IMG/VR virus record: IMGVR_UViG_3300045163_000016
From: a virus
Length of the DNA stretch: 18,425 nt
Direction: 5' to 3' (one strand)
In this document: positions 6,617 to 11,664 of the stretch, in pieces
How positions within the stretch are numbered: position 1 is the first letter of the stretch
Layout: the number at the start of each line of letters is the position of its first letter
Notes under the pieces: generated by a model
Told to the model about the DNA's origin: nothing
The model's database searches: none
What the model saw: only the letters and a program-made list of their open reading frames with translations
Program-made: the position numbers and the translations under genes

Positions 6617-7191
6617 GTCGTGTCCTCCTGTCTGTGATCGGTGTTGGTGGTCGGTGTCTCGGGTGGTTCAGGTGGGCGTCCCCGGCTGGTGGGGGCGGCT
6701 GCGCCCTGGTGGGCCGGTGCCGTGGTGGTGGTTGCGTGGGTAGTGGTGTTGGAGGGGTGATCTGCCTGTTCTCTTGTGGTGCTGCTGGTGGGGGCTGGTG
6801 GCCCCGCACCTTGGGAGGGAGTGAAGGGAGTGAGTGGAGGGAGAGTGGTCCCCCCGTGGTTCGGGGAGGACCACTGCACCTCGGTCGGTCGTTCGGTCGA
6901 TCGCCTCGGTCGGTAGGTCACCTACGGGGATTAGTCGCTGGTCAGGGCCGGGATGTTGAGCAGGTCGTGGGAGGGGTGCTGGTGATCGTCCGGGCCTGCC
7001 TTGACCGATCGCGCCTACTCATCGGAGCCGGAGCACTGAATGAGGGGGTCCGTCACCCCTGAGCCCTTGTGCAGTCGGCTCGTGCGCGTCCCGGTGTCTC
7101 GCCCTGGGCAGTCGCCCCGCTCAGCGCGCGGGGATGCGATGGAGTTGTCAGCAGGCCCGTCACGGGGGGTCGTGGGCGCGTGAGGGGGCGG
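6617..7191. other. 575-bp apparently non-coding tract inside the early operon, with extreme strand skew
   Basis: No convincing ORF. All three minus frames are open only because the minus strand almost lacks T (5 A on the plus strand in 6641-6810). The tract also contains repeats, a palindrome and hairpins (see findings). Confidence 0.55.
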
Positions 7192-7533
7192 TCATGCGGC
7201 CACCTCCCCGAACAGCGAGAGCTGCATGGGCTGTGAGCCGGGGTGTCCGTCGCGGTCGCACTGGCAGCGCCACTCGTGCGTGCCGGCGGCGTAGACGGGC
7301 GCGAGGGCCTTGTGCTTCGCGTTGGTCAGCCAGGTGTTGGTGCCGTCGCGGCCGTAGGCGGGAGTGCCGCCGTCGCGGACGAACGCGCACCGGTCGTGCC
7401 GTCCGTCGATGCAGTGGCCGCACGAGCCCCACGTGCAGGGGCACTTGAGCAGTGCGCCGGCCATCGCCCGTGCGGCGATGTAGGAGGGCCACGCGGGCCA
7501 CTCGGGTTCCTCGACCTGGTTGAGTGCCCTCAT
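7192..7533 (-). CDS. Cys/His-rich small protein, 113 aa, with a C-terminal QLSLF (beta-clamp-binding consensus)
   Basis: ATGA overlap with the upstream stop (7530). CPCTWGSCGHCIDGRHDRC and WRCQCDRDGH clusters. The C-terminus is PMQLSLFGEVAA. Confidence 0.65.
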   Translation of the reverse strand: MRALNQVEEPEWPAWPSYIAARAMAGALLKCPCTWGSCGHCIDGRHDRCAFVRDGGTPAYGRDGTNTWLTNAKHKALAPVYAAGTHEWRCQCDRDGHPGSQPMQLSLFGEVAA

Positions 7534-7982
7534 CGGGTCACCCCGTGGCGCTCGAGCGCGGCGCGGAGCTGCAGCACCTCGACGCGGCGCTGTGCGGCGC
7601 CGGGCTGTCGGCGGGCCACGGCCTTCTCGAGCACGCGGGCGCGCTTGTCGAGCAGGTCGAGCACGGCGTCGGCGTGGATGCGGTCGCACGGGGCCGGCGC
7701 GGGGCGGCGGTGCGGGGAGACGGGCTCGCCGGTCCGCTTGCTCTCGCGGTACATGCGGTTCTGCTCGGCTCGGGCGGCGCGGCAGTCCTCGCACCGGCAC
7801 CCTCGGGCGTAGCGGGCCGTGGTGCCGTGCTCGGGGGCGGGGCGGGGCTCGCGGGCGGGACGGGGCCGCGCGGCGCGGCGGGTGGCCGCGGCGGCGGCGT
7901 GAGCGGCGCGGCAGTCCTTGCACCGGCACCCGTGGTACCTGTAGCCGGACTGCGTGCCGTGCGTCATGGTGCGGGCGGTCAT
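7530..7982 (-). CDS. Hypothetical protein, 150 aa, with two HGTxxxYxxGCRCxDCRAA repeats (putative metal/DNA-binding)
   Basis: High GC3 in this frame, whereas the competing frame is Arg/Pro junk. ATGA overlaps at both ends. The duplicated motif is encoded by a 29-nt near-identical DNA repeat. Confidence 0.65.
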   Translation of the reverse strand: MTARTMTHGTQSGYRYHGCRCKDCRAAHAAAAATRRAARPRPAREPRPAPEHGTTARYARGCRCEDCRAARAEQNRMYRESKRTGEPVSPHRRPAPAPCDRIHADAVLDLLDKRARVLEKAVARRQPGAAQRRVEVLQLRAALERHGVTR

Positions 7983-8089
7983 CGCTCGCGCCCGTCGCGG
8001 GAGAGCACGGCGAGGCCGACCACGGCCCCGACGACGCTGCCGAGGATCATCGCGGCGCTGAGGATCGTCTCGAGCTCGTGCGCGCTCAT
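7979..8089 (-). CDS. Micro-ORF: 36-aa single-TM peptide (MSAHELETILSAAMILGSVVGAVVGLAVLSRDGRER)
   Basis: Not in the ORF track. ATGA overlaps with both neighbours (8086-8089 and 7979-7982). High GC3 and a hydrophobic core. Confidence 0.55.
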   Translation of the reverse strand: MSAHELETILSAAMILGSVVGAVVGLAVLSRDGRER

Positions 8090-8292
8090 CGCTGCGCCTC
8101 GGCGGTGCGCTCGGCGGCGAGGGCCTCGATCTGCTCGGCGTCGAACAGATACGCGCCGTTGCGGCCGGGGAGCTGCCCGATCGGCACCAGCTTGCCGTTG
8201 TCTACCCGCTGGCGGACCGTCGAGCGGGCGATCCCGAGCAGCTCGGCGACCTCGGTGGTCGTGATCGGGCGAACCGTAGTGTGCATGGGCAC
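8086..8292 (-). CDS. Cro-position, excisionase-family HTH DNA-binding protein, 68 aa (66 aa if ATG 8286 is used)
   Basis: ITTTEVAELLGIARSTVRQRVDNGKLVPIGQLPGRNGAYLFDAEQIE matches the excisionase/MerR-like HTH pattern. It is the first gene of the long minus-strand operon and is divergent from the repressor. Confidence 0.7.
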   Translation of the reverse strand: MPMHTTVRPITTTEVAELLGIARSTVRQRVDNGKLVPIGQLPGRNGAYLFDAEQIEALAAERTAEAQR

Positions 8293-8293
8293 A

Positions 8294-8323
8294 CTTCTAC
8301 AGTAAGGGTGCTCACGCCGTCAA
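8294..8323 (-). promoter_or_regulatory. Candidate early (lytic) promoter: -35 TTGACG (8323-8318), 18-nt spacer, -10 TAGAAG (8299-8294); would give a leaderless mRNA at ATG 8286
   Basis: Hexamers read on the minus strand. There is no good SD upstream of the start, and the -10 ends 7 nt before the ATG. Confidence 0.3.
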
Positions 8324-8356
8324 GTGTTCACACGCACACAATGGTGTCTGCACCTG

Positions 8357-8383
8357 TTGCGTAGGGGGCGTGCGACCTAGAGT
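8357..8383 (+). promoter_or_regulatory. Candidate repressor promoter: -10 TAGAGT (8378-8383) ends 6 nt before ATG 8390 (leaderless); weak -35 TTGCGT (8357-8362, 15-nt spacer)
   Basis: A TAnnnT hexamer lies at leaderless distance and no SD is present. The -35 is poor. Confidence 0.3.
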
Positions 8384-8389
8384 GGGCAC

Positions 8390-8767
8390 ATGAGCATTAG
8401 TTACCAGCCGGGAACTGTCCCGTCCTTCACGGTGGCCGACCGTCTGCGCAAGGCGCGCGAGGTCACCGGCATGGACCAGGCCGAGTTTGCCGAGCACGCC
8501 GGCCTGTCGCGCACCGGCGTGAGCAAGGCCGAGCGGGGCGAGAGCACGCCGCGCCGCTCGACGCTCAAGCTTTGGGCGCTCGCGTCGGGCGTGCCGCTGT
8601 ACTGGATTGAAACGGGAGTAGCCCCGTCACCGACTGGTGACGGGGCTACTGATGGGGTGCGCCCGGAGGGATTCGAACCCCCAACCTTCTGGTTCGGAGC
8701 AACGGGCGCACGACCTGCGGCGACGGTGATTCCGATGCGGTCACGGCCCGAGCCGGCGGCGGCGTGA
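8390..8767 (+). CDS. XRE/Cro-CI-type immunity repressor, viral (full-length) form, 125 aa, with attP embedded in its 3' third
   Basis: The HTH is ADRLRKAREVTGMDQAEFAEHAGLSRTGVSKAERGESTPRRSTLKLWALASGVPLYWI. Codons 90-104 (VRPEGFEPPTFWFG) are the antisense translation of a tRNA T-arm and anticodon arm. The protein ends in PAAA. Confidence 0.8.
   Translation: MSISYQPGTVPSFTVADRLRKAREVTGMDQAEFAEHAGLSRTGVSKAERGESTPRRSTLKLWALASGVPLYWIETGVAPSPTGDGATDGVRPEGFEPPTFWFGATGARPAATVIPMRSRPEPAAA
8617..8650 (-). terminator. Perfect 15-bp stem / 4-nt loop hairpin just 3' of the tRNA-like segment; possible terminator for the tRNA reconstituted after integration
   Basis: AGTAGCCCCGTCACC-GACT-GGTGACGGGGCTACT. 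On the minus strand it is followed by CCCGTTTCAAT, a weak U tract. It lies inside the repressor coding sequence. Confidence 0.4.
8658..8700 (-). other. attP common core: 3' portion of a tRNA-Arg(CCG) gene, from anticodon loop to discriminator base (not a complete tRNA)
   Basis: The minus strand reads G-CTCCGAA-CCAGA-AGGTT-GGGGG-TTCGAAT-CCCTC-CGGGCGC-A. That is an anticodon loop with CCG, the 3' anticodon stem, a variable loop, a T-arm with the canonical TTCGAAT loop, and the 3' acceptor strand. The D-arm and the 5' anticodon stem are absent. Confidence 0.7.
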
Positions 8768-8784
8768 TCCGGTAGGGACGTGTC

Positions 8785-9612
8785 ATGGCACACATGAGTG
8801 AATCTTGGACGACGGCAGTGGACGACTGGATCGGGAGCATGACGGCGGCGGGCGTGCCGGCGACGACTCAGCGGACCCGGCGCGAGCACATGCAGCGCTG
8901 CGCGAGGGTGGGCGGCTGGTCATCGCCCGCACTCGTGACCGGCGAGGGGCTCGTGAGGTGGTTCTCCCGGCAGTCCTGGGCACCGGAGACCCGCCGCTCG
9001 CACCGAGGCTCGCACCGGGCGTTCTGGGGCTGGTGGGTCACCACGGGGCGCGGCGAGGTGAACCCGGCCGAGGCGCTCCCACGGGTCAAGGCGACCGCCG
9101 GCATCCCGCGCCCGGTCGATGAGCTCTCCTACCGGGCCGCGCTGCGCGACGCCGCCCCGCGGGTGCGGCTCATCCTGCGCTGCGCCGCCGAAGTCGGGCT
9201 GCGCCGCGCGGAGATCGCCCAGATCCACCGCCGGGACCTCCTGCAGGATCTCGGCGGCTGGTCGCTGATCGTGCACGGCAAGGGTGGCAAGCCTCGCGTC
9301 GTGCCGCTGCCGGGAGGGCTCGCGGCCGAGGTCGCCGAGCAGTGCCAGCGATGGGGGTACATGCTGCCGGGAGACGACGCCGGCCACCTGTCACCGCGCT
9401 ACGTCGGGAAGCTCGCCGCGCGCGCCCTGCCGGACGACTGGACGTTGCACGGGCTGCGGCATCGCTTCGCCACGCGGGCGTACAGCCTCGATCGGGACGT
9501 GTTCACGGTGCAGCAGCTCCTCGGGCACGCCTCGCCCGCGACCACGCGCCGCTACGTCGCGCTCGACACGTCCGGGATGCGCTCGACGGTCGATCGGATC
9601 GCTGCGGCCTAG
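8785..9612 (+). CDS. int: Tyrosine integrase (small, XerC/D-like, no obvious arm-binding domain), 275 aa
   Basis: Catalytic signature GLRRAE...HGKGGKPRVVPLP...HGLRHRFATRAY...LLGHASPATTRRY (R, H-x-x-R, H, Y). Starts 17 nt after the repressor stop. The C-terminus is DRIAAA. Confidence 0.9.
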   Translation: MAHMSESWTTAVDDWIGSMTAAGVPATTQRTRREHMQRCARVGGWSSPALVTGEGLVRWFSRQSWAPETRRSHRGSHRAFWGWWVTTGRGEVNPAEALPRVKATAGIPRPVDELSYRAALRDAAPRVRLILRCAAEVGLRRAEIAQIHRRDLLQDLGGWSLIVHGKGGKPRVVPLPGGLAAEVAEQCQRWGYMLPGDDAGHLSPRYVGKLAARALPDDWTLHGLRHRFATRAYSLDRDVFTVQQLLGHASPATTRRYVALDTSGMRSTVDRIAAA

Positions 9613-9851
9613 TCCTCGTCGCTCTTGGTGGGCACGTTCGCCGAGGCGAGGCCGAGCCCGCCGGTCGCGAGGATCGTCCCGGCGAGGGACAGCCACAGGG
9701 CGACCTCGCTGTCGGTCACGATGCCGTAGGAGACGAGCAGCGGCGCCGACGCGCCGAGCACGCCGTAGACGTACAGGCGGGCCTTCGGGGAGCGGATGAC
9801 GCGGCCGAGGTTGATCTCGGCGGGGCCGGGCTTGCGGTACTTGCCGTTCAT
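9609..9851 (-). CDS. Holin, 80 aa, two TM helices
   Basis: Internal ATG at 9851 forms an ATGA overlap with the upstream stop. TM1 is LYVYGVLGASAPLLVSYGIV and TM2 is ALWLSLAGTILATGGLGLA, followed by a charged C-terminus. It is the last gene of the lysis cassette and resembles 2-TM actinophage holins. Confidence 0.65.
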   Translation of the reverse strand: MNGKYRKPGPAEINLGRVIRSPKARLYVYGVLGASAPLLVSYGIVTDSEVALWLSLAGTILATGGLGLASANVPTKSDED

Positions 9852-10225
9852 GGTCGGGTGTCCTCCATCGGTGTCTCGAGCGCTCGGATGCGCCGGAAGA
9901 TCTCGGAGTGCGCGCGCGAGGCGGTCTCCCTGTCGGTGCGCTGGTCGGCGCGGATCTCGCGCACGTCGGCGGCGGTCAGGCTCATGATCATCTCGATGCG
10001 GTCGATCGCGTCGCGGGTCGAGCTGCCGTGGTTGTTCACGAGCTGCTCGGCGGCGCGGTTGGCCGAGTGCTTCGTCTCGGTGAGCAGCGGCTTGATCTTC
10101 GCGCGCCACACCGCCCACACGCCGGCCAGGGCCGTGAAGAACGTGGCCGCGACAGCGCCGACGGCGACCACGACGGCTGTGGCGACCGCGGCGACCTCCT
10201 CGGCGCTGTCGAGCCACGGTGGCAT
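9848..10225 (-). CDS. Lysis-cassette membrane protein, 125 aa (N-terminal TM segment plus charged helical C-terminus)
   Basis: ATG at 10225 shares one base with the endolysin stop (TGATG). A ~30-residue hydrophobic stretch (VAAVATAVVVAVGAVAATFFTALAGVWAVW) is followed by a charged region. Function (second holin, antiholin or spanin-like) is unknown. Confidence 0.55.
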   Translation of the reverse strand: MPPWLDSAEEVAAVATAVVVAVGAVAATFFTALAGVWAVWRAKIKPLLTETKHSANRAAEQLVNNHGSSTRDAIDRIEMIMSLTAADVREIRADQRTDRETASRAHSEIFRRIRALETPMEDTRP

Positions 10226-11028
10226 CAGAGACGCCCGGTGTTCAGCCGCTTCTGCAGCGCGAGGGTGGTGGACTCGAACCACACACCGTCCGCCTTCACG
10301 CCGAGGCGGAGCTGCAGGGCCTCGACCATCTTGGAGCCCTTGGAGCCCCGGCCGGTGAACCGCCAGCAGCGATCCACGACGCCGTTCCCGAGCTCCTCGG
10401 CGCGGTAGGACTGGTGCGAGACCGCGCCGTCCTTCGGGGTGCCGAGGAACGCCTGCAGCGCCGTCCACGTGGACTCGCACGCCCGGCCGTCGGCCTTCAC
10501 ACCGAGGGCGCGCTGCAGCTCCTTCACGGTCTCGGTGCCGAGACGGCCGTCCTCGTCGATCTTGCCCGACTCCTTGGCCGGCGCAGCACTGCCGCCGGAG
10601 CGGGCGAGGCGGTCGAGCCGGGCGAGGTCATAGGTGCCGGGGCACTCGGTGAAGCTGCCCTTCACGTCGCGGTGACGCACGAGGGGCAGGTCGCCGTGCC
10701 GTCTGCGGATCTCGCGGATCAGCGCGGCCACGGACGCGTAGGTCGAGTCCTGCTGCCTCGGGTCGCACTCGATCCCGATCGAGTCATCGTTGCCGCCGGC
10801 GGCGTGCCACGCCTTGCGGTTCTCGGGCACGAGCTGGTGGATCGAGCTGCCGGAGACGACGTAGTGCGCGGAGACCTTCGCGGAGGGGTTGCAGAGCCAC
10901 GACACGGTGCCGGCGAGGGTGCCGGGGGTCTTCGGGTCGTTCCAGTGGTGGATCACGATGCGGCGGATCTTGCCGGAGCGCGCGGAGGTGTTCGGGGAGG
11001 TGCGCGAGGTGTTGATCTTGAGGGCCAC
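10225..11028 (-). CDS. Endolysin: N-acetylmuramoyl-L-alanine amidase (Amidase_2/PGRP-type) with two C-terminal cell-wall-binding-like repeats, 267 aa
   Basis: IVIHH, SAHYVV, AWHAAGGN, SIGIE and HRD...ECPG are the zinc-amidase motifs. The tandem C-terminal repeats are LQRALGVKADG... and LQLRLGVKADG.... GTG start with GAGGAG 7 nt upstream. Confidence 0.85.
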   Translation of the reverse strand: MALKINTSRTSPNTSARSGKIRRIVIHHWNDPKTPGTLAGTVSWLCNPSAKVSAHYVVSGSSIHQLVPENRKAWHAAGGNDDSIGIECDPRQQDSTYASVAALIREIRRRHGDLPLVRHRDVKGSFTECPGTYDLARLDRLARSGGSAAPAKESGKIDEDGRLGTETVKELQRALGVKADGRACESTWTALQAFLGTPKDGAVSHQSYRAEELGNGVVDRCWRFTGRGSKGSKMVEALQLRLGVKADGVWFESTTLALQKRLNTGRL

Positions 11029-11032
11029 GGGG

Positions 11033-11233
11033 TCACTCCTCGGTCGTGGTGGTGAGCGCGTCGGTGACGCGTGCGAGCAGGTCGTCGGGGTCGCAGCCCG
11101 CTTCGGCGGCGTCGCGGGCCATGGCGGCGAGCTGGTCGGGCAGCTGTGCGAGGCGCTGGCGGCGCTCCTGCTCGGTCAGGACGGCGACGCGACGCGCGTC
11201 GAGCTGGTCATCGGTGAGGGTCGAGAGGTCCAT
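11033..11233 (-). CDS. Hypothetical protein, 66 aa
   Basis: ATG has AAGGAG 7 nt upstream. High GC3. Lies between the tail and lysis genes. Confidence 0.55.
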   Translation of the reverse strand: MDLSTLTDDQLDARRVAVLTEQERRQRLAQLPDQLAAMARDAAEAGCDPDDLLARVTDALTTTTEE

Positions 11234-11244
11234 GGGGGTGCTCC

Positions 11245-11661
11245 TTACGCGGCGGAACCGGGCGGCAAGACGGGCGGCTGGTCACCCGTGAAGTGGGCGA
11301 AGTTGATCGTCACGAACGCGTTCGCGGGAATGTCGCCGACGTGCAGGGTCACGGTCCCGTTCGTCGCGACTGTGAGCTGCGCGGTGGACGGCAGCTCCGC
11401 CGCGACCCTGTAACTGGCGCGGGGCCGGAACCCGGGCGGGAGCGTGAACAGGACCGCGCCATTGGGGACGCCGGCACGGTCGAACTGGCGCACGTAGAGA
11501 TTGAACGTGACGTGCGGGCCGATCCGCTGCAAGGTGATGTGCACGGTCGCCGAGGTGAACGCTCCGAGGAACGCCTGCGCGACGTTCCGGGGGCCGGAGT
11601 CGTAGCGGAGCGGCCGGATGTCCTGCGCGATCCTGCGTGCCAGGTCGGTCAGCGAGGCCAT
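11245..11661 (-). CDS. Hypothetical, probably tail-associated protein, 138 aa
   Basis: Lies directly after the fibre-like gene with GGAGA upstream of the ATG. Sequence looks beta-rich. No motif recognised. Confidence 0.5.
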   Translation of the reverse strand: MASLTDLARRIAQDIRPLRYDSGPRNVAQAFLGAFTSATVHITLQRIGPHVTFNLYVRQFDRAGVPNGAVLFTLPPGFRPRASYRVAAELPSTAQLTVATNGTVTLHVGDIPANAFVTINFAHFTGDQPPVLPPGSAA

Positions 11662-11664
11662 GGG

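Noticed and set aside
6813-6841. A G-quadruplex motif (GGG-N1-GGG-N6-GGG-N10-GGG) as a defined functional element.
   Set aside because: G3 runs are common at this GC content, one loop is long, and nothing else singles it out. It is kept only as a detail of the skewed-tract finding.
5956-6921. A 321-aa minus-strand ORF that would make the skewed tract coding (Pro/Thr-rich N-terminus).
   Set aside because: The frame is open only because the minus strand almost lacks T there; all three minus frames are open. It reads out of frame through the RBS-led zinc-ribbon gene. A strong AGGAGA-7 nt-ATG at 6417 marks the real 153-aa start.
6634-7062. A plus-strand 142-aa Gly/Trp/Cys-rich ORF in the skewed tract.
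   Set aside because: It is a by-product of the G/T-rich, A-poor plus strand, which gives few stop codons. It has no RBS and its composition is implausible.
7192-7929. A 245-aa version of the Cys-rich protein.
   Set aside because: Its N-terminal 132 residues are Arg/Pro junk overlapping the well-formed 7530..7982 gene in another frame. An ATGA-coupled ATG at 7533 gives a coherent 113-aa protein.
8658-8709. A tRNA-Arg gene on the minus strand.
   Set aside because: The D-arm and the 5' half of the anticodon stem are missing, so it cannot fold as a cloverleaf. It is better explained as an attP core matching the 3' part of a host tRNA.
9609-10480. Long forms of the holin (9609..10217) and the membrane protein (9848..10480). 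The same issue applies to 16956..17474 and 17782..18180.
   Set aside because: The N-terminal extensions overlap upstream genes out of frame and are Arg-rich. Internal ATGs that form ATGA/TGATG/1-nt-gap couplings give products with sensible TM or domain structure.
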